Position numbers and translations under genes: made by a program
Part shown: piece by piece, positions 1 to 11,147 of the stretch
How the letters are laid out: every line of letters starts with the position of its first letter
Position numbering within the stretch: position 1 is the first letter of the stretch
Assembly (NCBI GenBank): GCA_002633005.1
Contig: NMRA01000263.1
Span: 424,143-488,142 of the forward strand
DNA length: 64,000 bases
Direction: 5' to 3'
Source of the DNA: Phoronis australis
Taxonomy: Eukaryota; Animalia; Phoronida
Notes under the pieces: generated by a model
Databases searched by the model: none
Told to the model about the DNA's origin: nothing
Seen by the model: the letters and a program-made list of their open reading frames with translations, nothing else

Positions 1-1389
1 TTCACCGAAATGGTAAATTTGCTGTTTTGCATTGTATTAGGTTATGATTAACTGTCAGGCAAAGTAGAAAAATACATCCTACAGCATACAAAATTGATCC
101 ATGTGTGTAACCTTTCTTAGGTTCTGACAGCAAGGGTAGTGTAACTTGGAAACAGGGATTTCTTTAATTAACAGTCTTGCACTGTGGCATTTATGCAAAC
201 CTGTATGGCTGCCATCATGGGGCCACTAGCAACACAAATCAGCACAAAACTATCGGTGCTTATCAACCCAAAAATACACCAGCAATGCAATGTAAGAAAC
301 ACCAATATAACAAAATAGTTTGCACAGTTATTGGTACCAACAAAACAAAATTAATAGAACTCACTGTTGGACATTATAATCTGTATCTGATCTGGAGAGA
401 AAGTGAATACTGACTTTGAGTACTGAGCTAAGTGGATAGTGTTATTAACAACAAATGTCGAGTTGTCACGAAATCTTTGGTATGAGTTTTAACACTACCA
501 AAGAATAATTGCATGTATTCTAACTCACCTTCACGAGTTCATATAGGCCAAATTTCCAATTGCTCTTTAACAGCCGTGTAGTTGACTGACATCTCCACTT
601 CAAAATCTTTTACTGCATGGGTTTGATACTGCCTCATGATTTTCCACAAAGCCATGGATACCCCTGTGTTTTTTGAAATACTTCACCCACTCTTTGTTTC
701 TGTGGAGACACTTCGACAAATGCTCATATTTTCTTTGCTTGCCTGTGTGGTATGTGGGGAGAGCAGAGGGCCCCACTTTTCCAGACACTAAAAAATCTGA
801 CAATGTTTACAAAAAATATTCAGATCTTCTTCAATTTTTTTCTAAGTGGATGTAAACTGGAGCTCGACCTGAATGAAAATAAGGTTTTATTCGAAATATT
901 TTCAAAATCCGTTTTAATATTAAATCTTTGTGTGAGTCCGTGTGAGTAAACTCTTTGTGTGAGTAGATAAATTGTATACATGTGAATTTATTTATTGTGA
1001 ATGAAAATGATTTATTCAAATTCATTACCATCATGTTATTGTAATCTTAACATTTTATTCATGTATTTGTGTATATTTTTTATATTTCTTTATATATAAG
1101 CCTGTTGGCACTTTCTGTGACAATTTCATAATAAACATTAAAAAATTCTTTTTCTGCAGTTTCATCTCCATAATCCATTGCACAAATAAGTCTTTATGTC
1201 TAGCTGATCGAATTTTGGTAGCCGCGCGCTTTTGTCTTTCGTATCTTCTTTGTAGAAGAGTGTCTGGGAATCCCTGTATTCCAAAAATAGAATCATGATT
1301 TTCGACAACAGATGTCCTTGCTTCATACCTGGATTGGCTCGTTGACGTCCCGCTCCCGTTTGGCAAGACCAACATGTTCAGTCGATGAC

Positions 1390-1650
1390 TAACCTGTCTG
1401 TTTGGTAGAAGTGACCTGTTCGTTCGACAAGTAACCTGTTCGTTCGGTCCGAGTAACCTGTCTGTTCGGTGCAACTAACTTGTTCGTTCGCTAAATAACC
1501 TGTCTGTTTGTCGAAATTTAACCAAATAACCTGTCTGTTTGTCGAAATTTAACCAAATAACCTGTCTGTTTGTAGAAATTTAACCAAATAACCTGTCTGT
1601 TTGCCAAAACTGAACCAAATAACCTGTCTGTTTGAAAACTAACTTGTTTA
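1390..1650. repeat. Tandem repeat array: about 4.5 copies of 31-bp AACCTGTCTGTTTGTCGAAATTTAACCAAAT (about 1497-1634), preceded by about 5 degenerate 19-23-bp units with the same AACCTGT core
   Basis: Periodicity is directly visible in the sequence. Confidence 0.9.
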
Positions 1651-2579
1651 TTTGGCAGCGTTGTCTATTTTGAACCTTTTCGCTGCCCATACTTGACCCT
1701 TGCTATCATAGCTACAGATGAGCCTTGAGTACCATTCTCACTACTTGCCTCCGTATCCATTAGGGTGAAGGGAACACGCATGTATCTTTAAGTTTCCTCG
1801 GGAAAAATACTTACATCGGCGTTTCTGATTTCCTAGTCCAATTTTCAGCAGGTAGCGCTTGATACGTAAACAAACCGGCAAGAATGGTGGTAGTGAAACT
1901 GTGGATATAGTTTGTGCTCTGTTGTACAGATAAATCGGCAGTGCTTAATTGGGATGTGTTCAAGAAATGTGAATCGGGAACTTGTGGTTGTGCCTTATCG
2001 GTGTGCACTTTTAAACTGTCGCTGACTTTTGTTTACGTTGCTGTAAGTATGCCAGAGTGCAATTTCGGCTACTGGTGTCAAGCTCATAAACTGTCCAGGT
2101 CACAGACAACAGTATTCGGTCTTCCTGACTTTATTGGCACTGTGAAGAAATAACCTGATTCGCAAAGATATTGGCAAAGCTGAAATCGTTCACAGTCCGT
2201 CATTTTCATTCCTTGCTGTAAAGCTAACCAATGACTGCCAAGGTTGCATCAACCAGGGATAAAATTTTGGTGCTGAGTGATATCTGCGTGTCCTCTTCGC
2301 CCTAGCGGACACGCACGGAACCACCGACGAGTACCCTTGGAAGTTTGGTGAGATTGCTAAGTTTGGCAAATCTTGACTTTTCTACCATAAACAGAGAGTA
2401 TTGGCGAATTTGTTTTAGTGGAACAAAGAATGATATTTCGTTTGGCTTCCTTGTTGAACGCACGTGACTAAAAACGACCACGAAAAGATTTTTGCAGAAA
2501 AAAATATTATACATAGCAAGTGTGCACACTTAGTCACAAATAATAGCGCTATATACCAAGTATGATAGGTACAGAGATT

Positions 2580-3239
2580 CTAAATAAAATATGCAAGATC
2601 TTTCCACTTAGTTATGTGTCGCTCAAACTCAAAATTTTGTTTACAAATCAAGTAATCAACTTTACAATAATCTATGATATTAACCCGTAAGTTATTAAAA
2701 ATAGGTACAGCTTCCTTAAATTTCTCCCTATATATAAACATTTTCGTTGAGCAAAATATGATATCATATAAAAACAAACTTCTATTGCAAAAACCTAACA
2801 AAACCTCTTTTACTGAAATATTTGTATTGTTGTGAAAAATCAGCTTGAGCCAAAATATTAATTTGTTCCACAAAATTTTAACATATCTACACTTCCAGAA
2901 CAAATGTACATTTTCAATTGATTCAGGGACTTCGATGCAAAAAGAACATAGATTTGAATTTGCAATACCATTTTCGAGAAAAAAATTTGTTGGAAGAATG
3001 TCATGTACAATTCTATAGTTAAACCACCTCATTTTTGTATCACTATATTTGCCAAAAGCACTACATGTATTTATGGAATCCCAATCCATTCTTTCATTTG
3101 TCGTGCTTAGGCTTAAATTCCCTTTTGCTTCTGAATAAGGATTACGGTACAGATTTTTAACAAATAAATCATAAAAGTCGTTAATGCCTTTTGGTGATCT
3201 AGTTATAACTTCATACACTTTAGACCATAATGGTAACAA
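2580..3239 (-). mobile_element. Decayed non-LTR retrotransposon (L1/Tx1-type) ORF2 C-terminal fragment with zf-RVT zinc-binding region
   Basis: ORF carries KMRWFNYRIVHDILPTN, CSFC...ESIENVHLFWKC..V..LW and a terminal KW, typical of L1/Tx1 ORF2 ends. No RT core is recognisable upstream. Confidence 0.8.
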
Positions 3240-4304
3240 TGGTAAGATTATTATTGTTGTTCATTTAAAAAATATTATTGAAAATGAGGAACAAAGTATA
3301 TGTAATAAATCGACATGAAACTAGAGTACTCTTGCACACATTTTATGGATTAGGGTCAATAATTAACTTTCTGAAGAAATTGTTTTCTTATAAACTACTC
3401 TGGAAAGTCCTACAATGCAACTATCCAATGCACATCCCAAAGCTGCACAAAAGATGTTTGCTCATTTTTATCTATCGGAGACCCTTTTTCAGTAAATTTC
3501 GGATAGGTGATTAGAATAATTAGTTTATCACATTTTTTAAATTGTCACTGCGTCCTGAAATTTTTCTGAAGATCCGTATCAAACGGCACCACCGATTAAT
3601 GTAAGACGATGAACAATTTTGGATGAATGCCGACAAAACTCTTTAGTATTACAGTAACTGTGAGGATCCATACTCTAAAATCGTTGTCTTGATAGGGAAG
3701 AAATATTGTCGAATGCTTGTTTAATTAAATAAATTGTACTTGTAGATCCGTCCAGGAAAGGTGATTGTACTAGAATTAGAACTGTTCTTCCGGACAATAT
3801 TCACAAAATTAACTCTTGTAACTTTTGAAGCATCAAGCCTCCTTCAAAGGGAAGATGGTACTGACGGTTGGCTGGTATGTCGACTCTTGCTTTTCAAGAG
3901 ATCTCGTATGGTTGCCAAAATCACACAAACTCTCATCCCATTCCATGTAAACAAACCATAAAGGATATCACACAGGTGACGCAAAGTAACGTTCTCTGGT
4001 GGCTGCCATCTTATTCCTACTCCTGCGCCATCTGTTTTCCACAACAATAACCAATTATATACGCTGCAGCACACTTGGAACCGAGCTTCACCTTGTTTGT
4101 TCAATGAGGATTGAGTGTTTTGATGAATGAAGTCTCCTGAACATCTCCCTGAAACCAGTTTTTCTCTGTGCAAGGACTTGACATTGTCATTTTTAAATTA
4201 TCCTAGTGGCCTGTGCCTTGGGAGTGATTGAAACAGCCCAGACACACCCTTACCAGCAGGATTGGTACCCTTGTACCACCTTAAAGCGTGCGACTCGTTC
4301 ACCA

Positions 4305-4449
4305 CATGGGCGGCGCAGCACTGAAAAAAGTGGGGGGCTAAATCCCCTTTAGCCCCCCTGTGGTGCACCGCCTATAGACCATGTGCGGCGTAGCACTGAA
4401 AAAAGTGGGGGGCTGTAGCCCCCCAGCCCCCTATGGTGCGCCGCCCGTG
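4305..4449. mobile_element. Tandem dimer of a ~70-bp GC-rich MITE (CATGGGCGGCG...CGCCGCCCGTG) with 5-bp TSD CACCA
   Basis: Two near-identical units (4305-4376, 4380-4449) with terminal inverted repeats. CACCA lies at 4300-4304 and 4450-4454. A reverse copy is at 45497-45568. Confidence 0.75.
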
Positions 4450-4499
4450 CACCACGTACAAGTTGGCGATGATTGGAGAAACCGGAGCACCCATGGCAC

Positions 4500-5150
4500 A
4501 ACCGTCATTGCCAACTTTCACATGGAGAACTTGAGTACCACGCGTTAACGCGATACAAGGGTTCCAAGCCTTCCTATTGGGTTCGCTGCATGGATGATAC
4601 GTTCAATGGGATTAGACACTCTGAAATCTATATTTTCTGTCGTCATATCAGCTGGGAGGATAAGTATATTACCTTCATACAGGAAATGATGAGTAACAAT
4701 GGTCTCCTCTTTTTATATTGCTTGATTGCGATTGATTCAGAGGGCAAGATGTACCATAAACATACACACACGGATCAGTATCTTAATCTAGCATTCGACT
4801 CCCACCACCCGTTAGAGCACAAGTATGGCGTGGTTGGAACACCAACAGTACAGAGCGGAAACCATAGTTTCGGATCCCGGGAACATGGAAGAGGACAGAT
4901 CACACGTGAACCAGGCGCTTTCTAAGTGCAGCTACCCCCAAATGGGCGTTCGCTAATGCAGGTAGGAAGGGTGAATGTAACAACAGGGAACGTCCTTTAA
5001 CGATGATTTTGTTTCCGCTAAAACGTATTCTGGCCAGTATTTCAGGGTGACCCATAAACCGGTTAGAACATTACCACAGCTACTCGTCCATCCTGGAAAT
5101 AAACTAGAAGAAACGTCAATCAGTGGAATTACGCATGAGATTCAGGGTAA
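4500..5150 (+). mobile_element. Decayed Penelope-like retroelement fragment (RT C-terminus, linker, start of GIY-YIG)
   Basis: PSYWVRCMDDTF (YVDD-like), YHKHTHTDQYLN..DSHHPLEHK. After frameshifts: RAETIVSD, ALSKCSYP.WAF, HKPVRTLPQLLVHP. These are characteristic PLE motifs. Confidence 0.8.
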
Positions 5151-5252
5151 GGGAGAGACGTTTTTTGTGTGTCACTAATAGGTTGATTTGTGACGTTGTG
5201 TCGTTGTTTTGGACTTGAAAAACGGACGACTGTTGAACGTGAAAAATCAAAG

Positions 5253-8200
5253 ATGGCGGAAAAATCGGTGATTTCGGTAATTTCACAATTGGTTGGTAAA
5301 AACTATGCAACGTGGAAGGTTCAGTGTCAAATGGCATTGATGAAAGGTGGCCTATGGAACATTGTCGCGGGTAAGGAAGTTCCTCCTTCGGTGATGATGC
5401 ATCAAAACTCGAGAAATACAATGTAAGAAGGGACAAAGCACTTGCTACCATAGTTCTCTCAGTGTACACTAGTTTGTTGTACATACTAGGAGACCCCGTG
5501 GATCCCTGTGACGTGTGGCAGAAATTGCAGAACCAGTTTCAAAGGAAAACTTGGGCAAATAAGTTGCATTTACGTAAGAAACTATATTCAATGAAGTTAA
5601 ATGCAGGGGATGACGTCAGAGCTCATATGAAATCCATGACTGAGCTTTTTAACGAACTTGCAGTAATTGGTGATCCAGTAAACGATGAAGATCGTGTTGT
5701 GCATCTTCTTGCAAGTCTTCCTGATATGTATGCTGTGTTGGTTACAGCGTTGGAGGCTTGCGAGGAGGTGTCTAGGATGAAACTAGTGACTGAGCGTTTA
5801 TTACACGAGGAGCGGAAACTTAGCGAGCAGTCAGCCGGGGAAGCACTTGTCGCTCGCGAAAAGACTAGGTCAAACAAGGGTCCTAAGTGTTATGGATGTA
5901 AAGTGTATGGTGACATAAAACGTAATTGTCCAAACAAAGATGACAGTGATACAAAATACAAAGCCAACACAGCCAACATAGCGACTAAGGACAGTGACAG
6001 TGAGGTGTCTGTTGGCTTGCTGATAAATGCAATGCTTACTGATGCTAGGTCTACTCGTGAATGGATCATCAACACACAATGACAGAGCAAAATATACCGA
6101 GTTTACGGAGCTTCAGGACAGCAGAAACGTAACGCTTGGGGATGGATGTCTTTTAAAAGGTACCGACCAAGGATCGGTTGAGCTCGAACTTGATTCCCTG
6201 GACGGGAATAGTACAAAATGTGTGTTAGACAATGTTCTGTTTGTACCAGGCCTGTCATTCAGTTTGTTAAGCAGTTTGAGTTGTGGCGTCGTCGTTTTGG
6301 ACATTTAGGTGGCCAAAGTTTGAAACAATTGATACGCAATAACATGACAATTGGACTTGACTGTAAGTCGGATTGTGAACTGGGAGTTTGTGAGCCTTGT
6401 GTTCAAGGAAAACTGCACAGAGCCAGCTTTCCAGAAGGCAAGGCCCATCGTAGCAATGTTCCTCTGGGACTTGTGCACACTGATGTTTGCGGTAAAGTGA
6501 GCACAGCTTCCCACAGTGGCCGTGAATACTTTTTGTCATTTGTCGATGATTATTCCCGGTATACTTGGGTGTACTTCATCAAGCGTAAGGATCAGGTATT
6601 TGATACCTTTTTAGAATGGAAGGCTATGGCTGAGAATCTTTCTGGTCAGAAACTCAAAGCTCTCAGATCTGACAATGGAGGAGAGTACATTTCAAAGCAG
6701 TTTGAACAGTACCTCAGACGAGAGGGAATCGGACACCAAGTTACTGTTCCGAAGACACCAGAGCAAAACGGAGTTGTCGAAAAAATGAATCGCACCATTG
6801 TCAAAGCTGCACGCTCAATACTTGCTGAATCGCTTTTGCCTCAGAAATTTTGGGCAGAGGCAGTCTCCACTGCCACCTATTTGCGAAACCGAAGTCCTAC
6901 GAGGGCAGTAAAAGGTCAAACTCCATTTGAGGTCTTGATGGGCAAGAAACCGAGCGTTGATACTCTACGTGTTTTTGGCTGCAGAGCATATGCACATGTC
7001 CCTAAGGACGAACGAACGTTCTAAGTTTGATTCAAAATCTAGAAAGACTGTCTTTCTGGGTTATGCACCTGATAGTAAGGCATATCGTGTGTATGATATA
7101 ACTCGTGATCGAGTCCTTCTTACTCGTGATGTTGTGTTTGACGAGTACATATTCGGACTTGAGAAGGAGTATAAAAGGCCAACAGTACTGTCCGAGATTG
7201 GTAGTGAGAAATGCATCGATGTGGAACAGGCGGATGACAACCAGTAGGAAGTGAATGAAACTCCTGATGATTCGGTAGAGTTACGTAAGTCGAATCGCGA
7301 GAGACACAGTTCAGATAGGTACGGTGAATGGGTTTACACTGCTCAAAATAAGTCTGAACCTATTTCAGTGGGTGAAGCATTATCCGGGCCTAACAAGGTA
7401 AAAATGAGGTCTGCTATGGATAAGGCATTGGAATCACTCCGTGAGCACAATGTGTGGACATTGGTTGAACCCCCCGTAAATCGCTCTGTTGTTGGGTGTA
7501 AATGGTTTTTTTAAAGAGAAACTTGGGTCTGACGGCTGTGTTCAGCGTTACAAGGCACGGTTAGTGGCTCAGGGTTTCTCACAATGTTTTGGTCAGGACT
7601 ATGTTGACACATTTAGTCCTGTTGTGAGACCGGAGTCTGTGCGAGCACTGATTGCTCTTGCATTAAAACAAAATATGATGCTTCATCAGATGGATGTGAA
7701 CACTGCATTTCTAAATGGTGTGTTACATGAGGAGGTGTATATGAGACAAGGCAAGGAAAACCTTGTCTGTAAGCTCAACAAGAGTATCTATGGCTTGAAA
7801 CAGTCACCTCGTTGTTGGAACATTTTTTTGGATGAGCATTTGCACAACATTGGTTTTAAACGTTCAGATAACGATCCAAGCATTCATATGTTGGACGGTG
7901 GTACTGCTATGCTAGCAGTTTATGTCGATGACATAATTATTGCTGCAACTGATGATGAAAAAATGTCAGAGATTAAGCGAGCAATAAAGGCAAAATTCAA
8001 AGTAACTGACATGGGTGAATTGAAATGCTTCTTGGGGGTTGTGATTGATCAGCTATCAAGTGATTGATCAGTTAGTTTGTCACAATCAGCTTACACGACC
8101 AAAGTCCTGGACAAGTTTGGTATGTGCGAGTGTAAGCCAGTCAGTACCCCTATGGAAATGGGTTTAAAACTTGAACCAAATGATGTTGCTACTTTTGATC

Positions 8201-8552
8201 AGGAATTATATCAGTCTGCTGTTGGAAGTTTACTATATCTGAGTCAGTGGACAAGGCCAGATATAGCATTTGCAGTGAGTCGCGTTTCTCAGTTCTGCTC
8301 GAAACCGACCGAACAGCACCGGTGGCTATTTTTGAGGATAACCAGGCTGCCATACCAATGTGTCACAATCCAAAATTTCATGGTCGTGCCAAACATATTG
8401 AAATCAAACATCACTTTATCCGTGATCTAGTCAGCACTGGTTCTATTGACTTAAAGTATTGTTGTAGTGCACTAATGATAGCAGACATGTTGACCAAGCA
8501 ATTGCCAAGAGAAACATTCGAAAAACTCAGGACCATAGCAGGAGTTAGGTAA
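5253..8552 (+). pseudogene. Disrupted copia gag-pol polyprotein
   Basis: Gag NYATWK, LLASLP and zinc knuckle CYGCKVYGDIKRNC (His to Asp). Protease is truncated at WIIN. Integrase VHTDVCG, VDDYSR, SDNGGEY, PEQNGVVE. RT RYKARLVAQGF, QMDVNTAFLNG, YGLKQSPRCW, YVDD. RNase H tail EDNQAAI, KHIEIK, IADMLTK. The polyprotein is split over at least 8 ORFs. Confidence 0.93.
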
Positions 8553-8712
8553 ACATTAGTTTGTTAGTTGCTCAACGGTTAACATAAGTGAGGAGGAATG
8601 TTGGCATTTATAAGTTAACGTCTAGTGAATACTTTATCATACCTGCATTGAGGACTTTAGAAACTCTTTTATCGGTTATGTTTGAACTTAAATACTAACA
8701 ACTGAGGAGGAG

Positions 8713-8884
8713 TGTTGAAAATCATTTATTAGTTTAAGTTCCTTCTACGTTTCATCGACCGCATTATTACGATTAGTTGTTTCGTTGTAGTTAGTCTCTT
8801 TTTCACTATAGCTTGGGTCATTTTTACGATGTGTTGATGTGTTGTGGTTTAATTTTTGCTACCAAAAAGTGATATATTTCAACA
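8713..8884 (+). repeat. Copia 3' LTR (172 bp)
   Basis: TGTTGAAA...TTTCAACA terminal inverted repeat directly after the polypurine tract. Confidence 0.85.
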
Positions 8885-8891
8885 GTATAGA

Positions 8892-9360
8892 CCGAAATGA
8901 GAGGGGAAAGGAGTAAGACGGGTCCATATGTTCACATAAATATATTTAACGAGTGAAATATCATTTACAGCCAACTGCTAAGTCATACATCTCATGAGCG
9001 ACGTTTCGCCTTTCTCACACTGGACCGACAATCTAGAGACCTGTGGTTCCATTCCCAGTTGGGGCTCCTGATTTTTCTGTGTTTATTTGATATGTTTCAT
9101 TACTGGCTATATCTAGTTAACACATACTGTTGAATTGCTGATTGTATATATATAATTGTCCAAATCCCGTGTGAAAAAGGCGAAACGCCGCTCATGGGAT
9201 GCATGACTTAACAGTTGGCTGTAAACAGTAACTGCACAGATATCGGATCCCCAGTAGCTCAGTGGTGAGAGCACTAGACCGGCAATCTAGAGACCTGTGG
9301 TTCGATTCCCAATTGGGGTTCGCGGTTATTCTATGTTTATTTGATATATTTCATTACTGG
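8892..9360. mobile_element. Composite non-autonomous repeat: 57-bp inverted repeat (8964-9020 / 9169-9225) interleaved with an 89-bp direct repeat (9018-9106 / 9272-9360) that carries a tRNA-like head
   Basis: The IR arms differ at 5 of 57 positions. The left end is homologous to 39216-39289. Confidence 0.7.
9248..9320 (+). pseudogene. tRNA-like cloverleaf (anticodon GGC); pseudo-tRNA or SINE head rather than a functional tRNA
   Basis: A box TAGCTCAGTGG, D stem GCTC/GAGC, anticodon stem CTAGA/TCTAG with loop CCGGCAA, B box GGTTCGATTCC. It has C33 instead of U33, no G3:U70 and an imperfect T stem. A partial second copy is at 9018-9064. Confidence 0.7.
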
Positions 9361-9660
9361 ACAACCTCAGCGTCTATATATTTACAATATATAGATGTGT
9401 GCGTGTGCGCAGGTGTGTGCGTGAATTCGACGTAGAATATGGCAGTAGTAGTAGTAAAATGTATTTTGGAAATGAGCAGAACCCCGGGATAGCTTATCCT
9501 CCTGCGTGCCAGAAATTACAACGTTGTCAACACTGATTAAAAAGTTCAACGCTCAAGTAAGTGACACGGAAAAAGGTCACGACTTTAATTTGATGTTCAG
9601 GGCCGAGATTGACAGTCTCGCACTTGCTTTGAAACTGAGGACACTTTTTATCTTGGCCAA

Positions 9661-9787
9661 ATGGCTGTGCCGAAGGAAGATTGCAAATTTGTCACAAATG
9701 AATTCCTTACAGATATTCTGAGACGTTACGAATCAAATGAAGAACTCCGTGTCATCGACTTTACCCTTCAACGTTTGCGACCAGCTG
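9661..9787 (+). CDS. EcKL (ecdysteroid kinase-like / CHK kinase-like) paralog 1, exon 1
   Basis: ATG at 9661 MAVPKEDCKFVTNEFLTDILRRYE..., phase-1 donor G|GTGAGT. Homologous to exon 1 of paralogs 2 and 3. Confidence 0.85.
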
Positions 9788-10732
9788 GTGAGTTACATGC
9801 ACCAATACCTTAAATTGCACACACATTCAGTTGTCCAGGTCAATTATATCTTTGGCTTTGTGCTAGTACGCAGTGTAGCAAAAACATTCAGAACGACGGT
9901 GTAGTCAGTGCATGACCTGAGTAATGTCTTCCTCGAAGGCTTATTCTTATAACTGGTAAAATCACAGAAATAACTTTTGATTTATGGAAATGTTGCCTTT
10001 TGGTCGGGAGAGCCTCACATTGCTGTGTAAGTGGACGAGGTTATAACGACAAATTCAACAAATGTTCATATGAAAATTAATGTAGTTCAGGAGCATCCCT
10101 TCACGAACACGAACTTCGTTGAAGACACGGTTGTTTCGCTACATAGCTGCTCGTGCCTGGAGATAAATAAGCTGTCAAACAAAAAGTACAGCCGTGTCTT
10201 CTATGAAGTACATGGAAATTAGGGAATGCTGGCTGAAGAGGCAGACCAATACCTGCTAGCAACTCTAAGATTGAGAAACCCAAACACTTTCTAACAGCTG
10301 TTTGTGGTCGATGGCCTTTTTTGCTGGTAGCAACAGATGGGTGAAGCCGGGCTTCTCAGTCTGTTGGAAGTTCATAAGCGGATTTATAGGGTCTCTCCCC
10401 ACCCCACGGACGCGACCAAAATACCGTTGACTTGGTGTTTTTATGGCTCACAGGGACATGTTCCATGCATTAAATGCACACTAATATCTGTTTACTAGCA
10501 AGTCCGCATTGAACACTTGACACTTGAATACAGAAGAAAGTTCAGTTCAGTTCATTTATTTAAAGTCAGTGGTTCAGTACATAGAACATTAGCCTAGGAC
10601 TTGCATGACTGACAAATAATGGAAATTCATTAAAGATTTGGCATAATACGTACGTCAGTAAATAAATTAGAAAATAGCACGTCACTTGCAAACTAGCTAC
10701 GCATGGTGCATTTACATTTGGTTCTATCTTAA

Positions 10733-11147
10733 AGTGCCGTTTACACTTACAAAGTTGACGCGGATCAGCTGACACGGAACAAGTTGTTCCAGTGTGTAAA
10801 TGGACTGACACGAAGCAAATTAACACCGCGGTGACAAATTTTTGCCACCCGTTTGTGAGGTAGAGCAATTTGCCCCTGAACATCTTGCGCCGTGTCATTC
10901 ATAAGTCTAAACGCGAAACTGGAGCAAGTCGGAAAGGATCATCTCTACTGCGCTTGTGAAGTGACCTTCATACGGGTTCTTTGTCTCTACAACTCTCGTC
11001 ATTTGTAAACCTGCGATCCAGTCTCTCCAGCTTGCAATTTCTGTCTTGCCACGGTTAGTGAGTTGTGTTTGTAAACGGCCGCTTGACACGGGTCAATTTC
11101 CTCTGTGTCAGTTGCGCCGGGTCAAAAGTTGATGTCTAAACGGGACT
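10733..11147. mobile_element. PIF/Harbinger-type MITE in the EcKL1 intron
   Basis: TIR AGTGCCGTTTACAC / GTCTAAACGGGACT, TAA on both flanks, internal subterminal repeats. Absent from the paralog introns. Confidence 0.7.

Larger units (their letters stand above)
5180..8884 (+). mobile_element. Ty1/copia LTR retrotransposon, defective (frameshifts, internal deletions, no 5' LTR found)
   Basis: Domain order is gag-PR-IN-RT-RH, followed by PPT GAGGAGGAG (8704-8712) and the 3' LTR. Confidence 0.95.

Noticed and set aside
600-803. Minus-strand exon-like ORF
   Set aside because: No recognisable family, and no frame stays open to the donor near 529.
1497-1634. CRISPR-like 31-bp repeats
   Set aside because: The units are head-to-tail with no unique spacers, there are no cas genes, and the context is eukaryotic.
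2049-2215. Second THAP-like relic (MPECNF..C..VFGLP...RKD...RHF)
   Set aside because: It needs several frameshifts and key Cys/Trp residues are missing, so it is too weak without a profile search.
9248-9320. Functional tRNA-Ala(GGC)
   Set aside because: It has C33, no G3:U70, mismatched T and acceptor stems, and sits inside a duplicated repeat.
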